From IMG/VR virus record IMGVR_UViG_3300032316_001177: a stretch of 64,000 bases of DNA, one strand, 5' to 3'. The notes beneath the pieces were generated by a model. That model worked only from the letters and a program-made list of their open reading frames with translations, had not been told where the DNA came from and made no database searches. Source of the DNA: an uncultured virus (IMG/VR IMGVR_UViG_3300032316_001177) (lineage: Duplodnaviria > Heunggongvirae > Uroviricota > Caudoviricetes). Of the stretch, positions 28,666-36,896 are shown one piece after another. Position numbers and translations under genes: made by a program. Positions within the stretch are counted from its first letter, which is position 1. Every line of letters begins with the position of its first letter.

Positions 28666-28920
28666 ATGAAATTAGAAACAAGTCAGGATTATGACGTTGA
28701 TAATCGGTATGAGGAAACCGATGGTCCTAATGGTTCAAGTGTGTCCGACAATACCTCTGGTAAAAGGTTCTTAACTAGGTATATAAACAATTCAAAAGAT
28801 TTAATTAAACAAAACGCAGCTTCAGACGGTGAAGATGAAGGAAGGTTTATTATGTCGGGACCGGGTGACGTTACCTATGGATTTAGAAACGCCTTCCGCG
28901 CTAGCTTGTTTAACAGATGA
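28666..28920 (+). CDS. Hypothetical protein
   Basis: Isolated + strand ORF with FLTRYI motif. Confidence 0.5.
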   Translation: MKLETSQDYDVDNRYEETDGPNGSSVSDNTSGKRFLTRYINNSKDLIKQNAASDGEDEGRFIMSGPGDVTYGFRNAFRASLFNR

Positions 28921-29530
28921 CTTTACCGATATTAGAAAAAATTTGTTGAAACCTTTCAATTTGATTAAAACCTAAATCCGTACTAGGTAAGTAAACAAAA
29001 AACCCCCACGTGAATGGGGCACCTAAGACTTTCATAAATTTACCGTGTATCAGCCTTGCTCTATCTTTTGGTATACACACTGGATAGTTCCATATGTCTG
29101 GACAGCTCCTTAATATTTCATGGCTAGTAGAAAAAAATAAAGCTTCTGAGACATTACGAAGTTTCCATTCTTTTTCTAACCTTTTAAACCAAATAGAAGA
29201 GGGAGACTTCCCGGTGTGGCCTCCTTTCAATCCCCACCTCCATGTACCGCGTTGTTTGTTAAAAGAGCAACGTCCGTATGTAGGAGGGAATAAATATGTT
29301 TTTCCTAACCACTGTTCGTTAGTATTTAAACCGTCTTCTTTTAATGTGTAGATCTTTCTTGCACGTAAATATTCTTTATTGGCGTGTTCAGTTGTGCAGG
29401 GGTCTAAGTCAATGTCACCAAGTAAAGCGTATATATAAGGTAAATATTCAACAGGAGTTAACCAGTCCTCTTCAATTCGTAAAATTCTTGTAAGAAATAA
29501 ATGTCGGGGTAGGTTTTTGTAATAACTCAT
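28910..29530 (-). CDS. Phage DNA N6-adenine methyltransferase-like protein, variant catalytic motif
   Basis: DWLTP...IDLDPC...DGL...W.GKTYLFPPTYG (NPPY expected). Confidence 0.65.
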   Translation of the reverse strand: MSYYKNLPRHLFLTRILRIEEDWLTPVEYLPYIYALLGDIDLDPCTTEHANKEYLRARKIYTLKEDGLNTNEQWLGKTYLFPPTYGRCSFNKQRGTWRWGLKGGHTGKSPSSIWFKRLEKEWKLRNVSEALFFSTSHEILRSCPDIWNYPVCIPKDRARLIHGKFMKVLGAPFTWGFFVYLPSTDLGFNQIERFQQIFSNIGKVIC

Positions 29531-29934
29531 GTAGGAACAAGGTCAGCAACACCTTTTTCACGTTTATAATTCAGTAACGACATATGCTGTGGGTCTTGAA
29601 TAATAAATAAAGCTTCTTTCTCTAAGTCAAGTGTCTCAGCTTTAATAATAGCTTTACGCATTATCTCGGCAACTCCATCCATATCTTTTGATTGGAAGTC
29701 CTCTTTGGCTGCAATTAGTGCTGCAACCGGCATGTAAAACATTGAATTCTTCTCTTCTTTAGCCGTTGGGACGTAAACCATAGCTCCAGGCCCTTCAAAA
29801 TAATAAAACCGATCATAAAAATCACACATGTCATCACAGACTCTTTCAATGACAAGCTTAGTCAGGACACGTTCCGTTTCGGTTGGTGTGTTTCCAGCTA
29901 GTTTGTCTAGTTTTTGTTTTCTGTAGTTAGTCAT
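29527..29934 (-). CDS. Hypothetical protein
   Basis: 135 aa, ATGA-coupled. Confidence 0.6.
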   Translation of the reverse strand: MTNYRKQKLDKLAGNTPTETERVLTKLVIERVCDDMCDFYDRFYYFEGPGAMVYVPTAKEEKNSMFYMPVAALIAAKEDFQSKDMDGVAEIMRKAIIKAETLDLEKEALFIIQDPQHMSLLNYKREKGVADLVPT

Positions 29935-30003
29935 TTTTGAAGTTGTAAGTTAATAAAGATAATAACAAAGAAAAAATAAAAAATAGGACGGATAACCGAA
30001 AAG

Positions 30004-30585
30004 TTATTTGGTTTCGGTTACCCCTGGGGTCTGTTTTATAAATGCAAACAGCCCTGAGCGTTTTAATGTTTCTCTTATTTTAGGTAGCGGCCTATAAATT
30101 ACTACCATTTTACCGAGATTACCGACTTCTTTAATTAATTTCCCAGATTCGTCCCTCATTTTTATTAATTCTTCTTGCCGAATCAAGTATTCTGCAACGC
30201 ACCTATATCGCCGTTTTGTTGCAAGGTCAATGTCGGGAAATTTAGCACATATTTTTGCTGGTACCATATCACTAAAACAAATTCTTATCTGATCTGCAAG
30301 TGATAGCCCAAGAACCAAATCATTTGTAGATGTTTCGTAACTACAAACAAGTTCTAAATACCTTTTTAAGTCTGCGTCCTCAAAGCTACCAGAAGGTGGT
30401 ATAAACATCTCCACCTGGTCCGCTAACGAGGAGACTAATTTTTCCTTGCTGTTCTCAATTGTGACTTCTGAAATATTTAAACCGTTAAACCTATAGCTTA
30501 CGTATTTATTGGGATCAATAGAAGATTTTTTTACTGGCGGTAAGGCCGGTAACTCCCCTTCTTCAACCAGATAATCCGCCAACAT
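30004..30585 (-). CDS. Hypothetical protein
   Basis: 193-aa ORF. Confidence 0.6.
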   Translation of the reverse strand: MLADYLVEEGELPALPPVKKSSIDPNKYVSYRFNGLNISEVTIENSKEKLVSSLADQVEMFIPPSGSFEDADLKRYLELVCSYETSTNDLVLGLSLADQIRICFSDMVPAKICAKFPDIDLATKRRYRCVAEYLIRQEELIKMRDESGKLIKEVGNLGKMVVIYRPLPKIRETLKRSGLFAFIKQTPGVTETK

Positions 30586-30594
30586 GGAGTGCTA

Positions 30595-30981
30595 TTACAT
30601 TTCTATAGGTATCTTAACGTTTTTTAAGAACTTGTCACACTGTTTTAAATGAGCAAGCCGTAGAACCCATTCGTAATAAATTCTCTTGTCTTCCATGTTT
30701 TTTAAATCCCCTGGTTTCGGTCTACCTCCATAATTACAAGCCTCCCAAAAAGCTTTTGCTACTTGTTTTTCTTGCTGAGTCATTAATGAATGCATAATCT
30801 TTGTAGACATACTGGCTAATAGTTCGTTAAACTGGGCCATATGTAAAGGGTTTTCCTCCTCATGAAAAAGACCATCACTTACGCTGAGTTGATTTTGTTC
30901 CTCGTCTTCATGCCGCTTGGGGCAGTAGGGGTGACTCACCTGGCGCAGTTTATTAGTAGTAATATCAGTATAGAGATCCAC
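30595..30981 (-). CDS. Hypothetical protein
   Basis: 128-aa ORF, start uncertain. Confidence 0.45.
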   Translation of the reverse strand: MDLYTDITTNKLRQVSHPYCPKRHEDEEQNQLSVSDGLFHEEENPLHMAQFNELLASMSTKIMHSLMTQQEKQVAKAFWEACNYGGRPKPGDLKNMEDKRIYYEWVLRLAHLKQCDKFLKNVKIPIEM

Positions 30982-30999
30982 GTAAAAAAATAGGTACTT

Positions 31000-32355
31000 A
31001 TGGGAAGTCAGAAAGCAACCGCACCTACAGTAATAATGCCTGCGCCTACGGCGCCTTCTTTGTACCGTTCAATTACAACACCAGAAGCGTTTGCTGTTGG
31101 TGAGAAATATTTAAAAAGCCTCCAAGACATGGGGGCCACTAGTAAAGCAAGTCGTATAGCAGCTGTAGGAACAGATAAAGATTTACGCGAAACCCAAGAA
31201 CAAACAAAGTATCAAGCCGCTGCAACTTATTTATCTTCGCTTCCTAAAGGAGATAAATATTTAGCTGAAACCACTGGCATTCCTAAAGAACTTTTATACA
31301 AAACCGCAACTACAGCAGCATCTACAATTGCTGATGAGAAACAAAAAGATTATTTTGACGCAGTAAAAAATAATACCACTGCCCCAGTAACTGAAACAGG
31401 TTCCAAGTTACGTGAATTTAATCGTTACTACAATCCAAGCACGCAACAACATTTTTATAGCTCAGAGCCAGACAAAGAATTATTAGGTGGTTTTAATAAA
31501 GAAGGTGATACTGCATTTAAAACATTTGATCCTAGCGATACTACTGCGGGTGCAAGTACGTTATATCGTTTGTATAGGCCAGGTGATAAGCCAGGTGGAC
31601 CTAATCATTTGTTTACAACATCAAAAGAAGAAAGAGACTCAGCAATCGCTGGCGGTTATAATTATGAAGGTGATGTAGGCAAGGTTTATCAGACTGCTCA
31701 AGCGGATACACAAGAAGTTCAACGTTTTTATAATCCTGAAGCAAGTCAGCATATGTATACCTCTGATTTAGAAGAAATTAAAGGCTTAGAAGGTAAAGGT
31801 TATAAAAGGGAGGGATCTTTCTTTACTCCAACAAAAGCAGCTGCACCTGCACCTGCTCCCGCTACTGCTACTGCTACTGCTACTGCACCCGCTACTCCAA
31901 GTGCGGATGTTGCTGCCGTTGAAAAAGCGAGAGCAGATTTAGCTGCTAAAGCACAAGCACAAGCAGCAGGAACAACTCCTACACCTACTCCCGCAGCAGG
32001 AACAACTCCTACACCTACTCCCGCAGCAGGAACAACTCCTACACCTACTCCAGCCGCTAAACAATTCTTAAAAGACAGTGTAGGGAAAAATCAAATACAA
32101 GAAGCAAGCTCTGACTTTTTTGCGGGTGCGCCTAGATTGAACACACTAAGTACTAAAGGAGGTAATGATCAAGGGATCTTTGGAACAAAGGATTACGAAT
32201 CGGCAACAGCATCTTCTTTACCGGAAGCAGATCGTTTTAAAGATGATGAAATTGAAAAATGGCTTAAAGAAAAAAATGTTCCTTTAGGAGATGATATAGC
32301 AGCTAATAAATTTGGTGGTAGATTAGCTGGACAGGTTTTTAGTCAATATAGTTAA
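31000..32355 (+). CDS. DUF5648-like repeat protein with A/T/P linker
   Basis: RYYNP..QHFYS / LYRLY...HLFTT..ERD...YNYEG / RFYNP..HMYT...YKREG. Confidence 0.7.
   Translation: MGSQKATAPTVIMPAPTAPSLYRSITTPEAFAVGEKYLKSLQDMGATSKASRIAAVGTDKDLRETQEQTKYQAAATYLSSLPKGDKYLAETTGIPKELLYKTATTAASTIADEKQKDYFDAVKNNTTAPVTETGSKLREFNRYYNPSTQQHFYSSEPDKELLGGFNKEGDTAFKTFDPSDTTAGASTLYRLYRPGDKPGGPNHLFTTSKEERDSAIAGGYNYEGDVGKVYQTAQADTQEVQRFYNPEASQHMYTSDLEEIKGLEGKGYKREGSFFTPTKAAAPAPAPATATATATAPATPSADVAAVEKARADLAAKAQAQAAGTTPTPTPAAGTTPTPTPAAGTTPTPTPAAKQFLKDSVGKNQIQEASSDFFAGAPRLNTLSTKGGNDQGIFGTKDYESATASSLPEADRFKDDEIEKWLKEKNVPLGDDIAANKFGGRLAGQVFSQYS
31963..32051. repeat. Coding tandem repeat, 3 x 30 bp (AAGTTPTPTP)
   Basis: GCAGCAGGAACAACTCCTACACCTACTCCC repeated three times. 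Confidence 0.95.
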
Positions 32356-32361
32356 TAATTA

Positions 32362-32556
32362 TTAAACAGTAATTGAGAGTTTTTCTGTTTCCAGCCACTC
32401 TTCATAAGCCTCAAGCAATATTCCGTAAGACTCCATTGGTAAAAGCATCACCGCATAAGTTTCAGTAGTAATTTTATAATGTTCTAGATTTAAAACAACA
32501 TCGTCCATGATAGCGTCAAAATCTGACTGAAGCTGCTCAACAGTGACGACTTTCAT
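32362..32556 (-). CDS. Phd/YefM-like antitoxin
   Basis: MKVVTVEQLQSDFDAIMDDV...YKIT...AVMLLP. Confidence 0.6.
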   Translation of the reverse strand: MKVVTVEQLQSDFDAIMDDVVLNLEHYKITTETYAVMLLPMESYGILLEAYEEWLETEKLSITV

Positions 32557-32592
32557 AGTACAAGTAGTTTGCTACTAATAGCGTAGCATAAA

Positions 32593-33285
32593 CTAAGTCA
32601 CATTGCCAAAATCGAACTCAAGGTCTACTGCCGCTGTTATTGAATCGAAGTTAATATCCTTTTCAGATGTTTCATCGGAATACCTCCAATCATTAATAGA
32701 TGTTATTAATCCAATTGAGTAAGTTGTTTCAATATAACGAATATCATTTGTTATTAAAAATAAATAATCTTTAGGTGCAAGCATAATGCTCGGATAATCT
32801 TTTGTCTGGCTTTCAACTATGTCCGTATCTGAATCAGAGTATGGAACACCGGACATATCGTACACGTAGCCATTGGAGTTTATTGGAAGCTCTCTTCTAT
32901 GTGTACCGTCTTCAATTACGTAAAACGACAGTATTGTATTTCTATTTGTTTTGGAGTCATAAGAAGTTTGGCTGAAGTCCTGTGTAAACTGTACTGCACG
33001 CGATTGAAGTAAACGCATTTTATAAAATGTTGTTTGAATTCTTGTTAAACCGCCGTGAGAATTTGAAATTGTTAACGACTTAGAAATAGAACTAAATGAA
33101 CTTAAATCACCGAGGTTAATTGGGTTATTAACGCTATCGCCAGGTCTTGATGGTAGTGGGTCACTACCAAAATAACTTGTCGGACCGTAAGCAGTTGGCC
33201 CAGTACCACCAGTTGGGTAGGCCTGAACTGTACCTAGGTTTGTGAATCCTAAGTTAGTCGGAAGTGCTGTCAGGTATAGTGCCAT
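32593..33285 (-). CDS. Hypothetical protein (possibly structural)
   Basis: 230-aa ORF. Confidence 0.55.
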   Translation of the reverse strand: MALYLTALPTNLGFTNLGTVQAYPTGGTGPTAYGPTSYFGSDPLPSRPGDSVNNPINLGDLSSFSSISKSLTISNSHGGLTRIQTTFYKMRLLQSRAVQFTQDFSQTSYDSKTNRNTILSFYVIEDGTHRRELPINSNGYVYDMSGVPYSDSDTDIVESQTKDYPSIMLAPKDYLFLITNDIRYIETTYSIGLITSINDWRYSDETSEKDINFDSITAAVDLEFDFGNVT

Positions 33286-33598
33286 TGATTAAATTTAAGC
33301 CAGTGTATAGGCCGTTGTCCCTACCACTTGCTTGATATTTTTCTTCTATTATTGTAGCGCGTTCAGGGTAAACCCCTTCCATTTCTTTTGTTTCTATTAA
33401 TTCATAAGTTAATCTTTTTTCCAATATGCGTAGATCGCTTTCTATTTCATCTTTATCCGCGTTAGGTTCTGTCCAGTATTTATCAGGTCCTATAGCTATT
33501 ACTCCAATCCACTTAGGATTTATTTCGTGGTAGCAGGTAAGTATAATTTTACTGTGCTTCTGCGTTACTTTTTCTAACTTGTTCAAAGATGTTTCCAT
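33254..33598 (-). CDS. Hypothetical protein
   Basis: 114-aa ORF. Confidence 0.5.
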   Translation of the reverse strand: METSLNKLEKVTQKHSKIILTCYHEINPKWIGVIAIGPDKYWTEPNADKDEIESDLRILEKRLTYELIETKEMEGVYPERATIIEEKYQASGRDNGLYTGLNLINGTIPDSTSD

Positions 33599-34685
33599 AG
33601 GTAAGGTCGTAGTTAGTAAGCTGTTCCGGCTGGTCTCCTAACTTTAATCCTTTTATTGTTAAGTGGGTTGGGTTACAGCAGCCAGATTCACAATCTTGTG
33701 TGTGCATGATTCTGTACTTTCCTGTATAACCCCTTGAAACCCAGAATGCAACTCTCGATGCTGTCTGTGCTTTAGCCGAATGGAAAGGACTTGGCATATA
33801 CGCAACGGTTTCGTTGTTGGGTTTTCTGCCGCCTTTCCACACCCAGCATTTTTTGGTGTCCAAATCTTTTGGTATAACAACCTTGTCCCAAAAACTACGG
33901 ACGGTCCAATATTTATCAAAAGCAAAAGATTTAAGATTTATTTCACATTTCCCTTTTTCTATTTCTTCCATACAGGTCAAGCACTCGCCCATCAATCCAA
34001 ACTTACCTTTATGCCCCCATATGCATTCAATGTTTGAGTAGTCCATTACATCCTCTTCTGTAATTTCAAGGGATTCAGAGCTAACGCCTAGTTTCTCTGG
34101 AACTATAACAAGCTTCTGTGCTGTTGGACTGGACGGTAAGTAAATACCCTTGTTACAGATTCCACGTATAACACTATAAGAAAGATGGAATTCATCAGAA
34201 AGTTTTTGATAGGTGTAACGCTGAGGGTCATTATTTCTTAAAGTCCTAATTTTTTTAATTGTTTCTCTTGACAGAGAAGTTCCGTTACGTCTCAACCGCT
34301 CCAACTGAACATCGCTTCTACTCCCCCAGTAGTAATGGTTAGGGTTGACACAGTAATAAGAAGAACAGGAAACAGTTCTTACTACAACCTGCCCAGGTTC
34401 ACCATACCTACCAGCAATAGCCAGGATTAAAGCCCGTGCATCCCTACCTCTATATCGCGGTCTACCAGTAGAGGCCTTAGACGAGGCTGAGGGGTCCTCA
34501 AAGGGGTTCTTCCTCTGGAGGGTAAACCCATGGAAGAAGGCGTGGTTAATCTTGTCCAGGGGCCAACAACAGTCATCTGGTAGGCGCTCCTTCAGCAATT
34601 TTAAACACTTAAGGATCCAAACCAAGTCTTCGGTTCCTAAACCTTTTTCAACAAAAAATTTTCCTGTTTTTTTAGCGTTAAGCAA
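33549..34685 (-). CDS. Protein with two His-Me finger (HNH_3-like) domains flanking an HTH
   Basis: CSSYYCVNPNHYYWGS; TYQKLSDEFHLSYSVIRGI; CWVWKG...ASRVAF...IMH...CCNPTHL. Confidence 0.65.
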   Translation of the reverse strand: MLNAKKTGKFFVEKGLGTEDLVWILKCLKLLKERLPDDCCWPLDKINHAFFHGFTLQRKNPFEDPSASSKASTGRPRYRGRDARALILAIAGRYGEPGQVVVRTVSCSSYYCVNPNHYYWGSRSDVQLERLRRNGTSLSRETIKKIRTLRNNDPQRYTYQKLSDEFHLSYSVIRGICNKGIYLPSSPTAQKLVIVPEKLGVSSESLEITEEDVMDYSNIECIWGHKGKFGLMGECLTCMEEIEKGKCEINLKSFAFDKYWTVRSFWDKVVIPKDLDTKKCWVWKGGRKPNNETVAYMPSPFHSAKAQTASRVAFWVSRGYTGKYRIMHTQDCESGCCNPTHLTIKGLKLGDQPEQLTNYDLTYGNIFEQVRKSNAEAQ

Positions 34686-35239
34686 GTTGATAGGGTTCCG
34701 CGCTGACTGACAATAGCCTGCGCTGCAGTAGATGTCAAGGATGCCTCCACGTAAGCTGAAAAACTGAGTCCTCTCTTAATTACTATAAGAAAAAAAAGGG
34801 GTAGTGCCTAACAGACACCATAACAACCCTATCGCTGTGTGCTTAGCACGACCTCCTTTTTTCCCTATAAGAGTTAGGAGCGGCGACACCTTATTACGGA
34901 TTAACCGACTCGTCAACCAAACCTCTTGCGCTGCAACCAACTGTCACCCAGTGTCAGAACCCTATCAACTCACCTTAAGAACTTGTGTACTACCAACTTT
35001 AGGCTCCTGGCCACGGTTCCCCTCTTTCGATAGTGTTTAGATTCTCCGCATGTGTCGTTGCAATATATAAAGAATCGGAACAAAGGCAAATATCACCGCT
35101 AGGTTTACAGGTTAAGTACACGTCAAACCCCTCGGTCCCCTTGGTTTTAAATATTTTCACACCGGTATCGTATTTTTGCACGAGAATTTCTGACATACAA
35201 AAGTTTTTGGATAGTATTATTGTAAGAAAGCTAAGTGTA

Positions 35240-36013
35240 ATGATTATGGGTAATAATGAGCTTCTTCAAGGGTTTAAAAAATACGCAACAGAGCAAGCTG
35301 CGAATAAATATCTTTCAGAACGGTTCCCTAGCAAACCAACCCAAGGATTGCCTTCGTGGGCAGCAGGTATGACTACCGGAATTAATGCTGGTAAAAATAT
35401 GATGTCCCCCGAGGCTTACGGATACGTAACCAATAAACTTGGCGCATTAAGGGGACAACCAGAATTAAGCCTTATGGAAGGCGCTAAAAGGATTGCTGCT
35501 ACTGAAGCTGCTAATAGAATGGTTACTGATGCCTTTAAAGGTAATTTCAAACAGCCAATACAAGCCCCCAATATGAGCGGTGGAACTGGATTAGGAGCAG
35601 GCACTGTGCCTATTGTTCTAGGGACAAGGGACGGCGTTACTGCAGACCCTACACAAAGCGATCAATACAGGGCTGAGCTTTCACGTTATATGAATACAGT
35701 TGCTGGACCATCCAAAGAACAATTAGGACTACAGATGTGGGCGCAAGCAAATCCAGGTCTTGCAGCCAAGTTAAAACCCGGTCAGTCTGGTTATGATCAG
35801 TCAGCAGATTACTTCAACAATAGGTATCGTGATTACGGGGATATGCCATCTACAGGTGCAATTGGAACGTCACCTTTAAACCAGATGCCTTTAGAAGGGC
35901 AGCAGCCGGTACAAATGGCTCAACCAGAGATGGAAGGCGTTGCTCCTGAAAGCACTAATGAAAGAGTTCAAAACTTCCTTAGAATGTTGACAGAGGTTGG
36001 ACAAGGCCAATGA
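35240..36013 (+). CDS. Low-complexity hypothetical protein (possible virion internal protein)
   Basis: G/Q/P/M-rich; ATG at 35240 or 35246 rather than 35033. Confidence 0.55.
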   Translation: MIMGNNELLQGFKKYATEQAANKYLSERFPSKPTQGLPSWAAGMTTGINAGKNMMSPEAYGYVTNKLGALRGQPELSLMEGAKRIAATEAANRMVTDAFKGNFKQPIQAPNMSGGTGLGAGTVPIVLGTRDGVTADPTQSDQYRAELSRYMNTVAGPSKEQLGLQMWAQANPGLAAKLKPGQSGYDQSADYFNNRYRDYGDMPSTGAIGTSPLNQMPLEGQQPVQMAQPEMEGVAPESTNERVQNFLRMLTEVGQGQ

Positions 36014-36246
36014 TGAACCAGCAGTGCGGCCCATCTGGATTTGACTATAGTCAGATGGGAGTTGTTGACGGAGTGCAACGACAGGGGATGCTACCTGGCG
36101 GGTGGTCTAATCAAGGCCAAATGGTGAGTAATCAATATCAAGAGGCTAACCGCGAGGCAGCTAAAAAAATTAATCCCCAGAATGCTGCTTCTCAGATGCC
36201 AATAGGGGAGCGCGTAACCCAATTCCTACATACTATGGGGCAATGA
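36010..36246 (+). CDS. Hypothetical protein
   Basis: Coupled; ends ERVTQFL, similar to ERVQNFL in the upstream gene. Confidence 0.55.
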   Translation: MMNQQCGPSGFDYSQMGVVDGVQRQGMLPGGWSNQGQMVSNQYQEANREAAKKINPQNAASQMPIGERVTQFLHTMGQ

Positions 36247-36758
36247 TGGTTGATAACGATTTTCCTACTGCATATGCTAATTTTGGCGATGTAGCGCAGG
36301 GAACGTCACCGGTTAATGAGGATTTATATAACTGGATGCATAAGACATATGGCATAAAACCTGCTGAGTGGTATCGTAACAACCCAGATAAAAAACCAGG
36401 AGCAAATCCAATGCTTCCTAAAGGCGCTTATGTTCCTTTAGCCGAAGGAAATACTGATGGAAATGGGGCTGTTGGTTTTCTTCAGCAATATGCACGTGGT
36501 GTTCAAGATTACAGTCAAGAGGGTACAGATATTCCTTCATTCAGTTTTGAGAATAGATATGCTCAGGAACAGGGTGGACCTATTGCCAGGTCATTTAAAA
36601 TTGGACCAAGAACTATAGCTACTCCTATTGACGATGTACCGGTTAGGGGTGATTACTCTTTACCTTCTGTAGAAAATCAACTTAGAAATGTAAATAGGTT
36701 ACGAGATGAGAGAGGCTTGCGACCAATAACTGCCGGACAATTCATGGGAGGGGTATGA
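36243..36758 (+). CDS. Hypothetical protein
   Basis: Coupled, 171 aa. Confidence 0.55.
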   Translation: MMVDNDFPTAYANFGDVAQGTSPVNEDLYNWMHKTYGIKPAEWYRNNPDKKPGANPMLPKGAYVPLAEGNTDGNGAVGFLQQYARGVQDYSQEGTDIPSFSFENRYAQEQGGPIARSFKIGPRTIATPIDDVPVRGDYSLPSVENQLRNVNRLRDERGLRPITAGQFMGGV

Positions 36759-36896
36759 ATTTAACACCTGATGAGAATCAACTTATGGAAAGTTTGGCTA
36801 AAGTACTCAGGAATTTAGATAGTTACGATGATTGGGAATACGGAACAGAAGTAATACCAAACGATACAACTTGGGGTCAAGCTAAACATAAAATTC

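Noticed and set aside
31963..32051. 30-bp repeat as a regulatory array
   Set aside because: It is an in-frame Pro/Thr/Ala linker expansion within a CDS
35033..35239. N-terminal extension of ORF 35033-36013
   Set aside because: Its composition is unlike the rest of the protein, and a -10-like element and ATG near 35240 fit better
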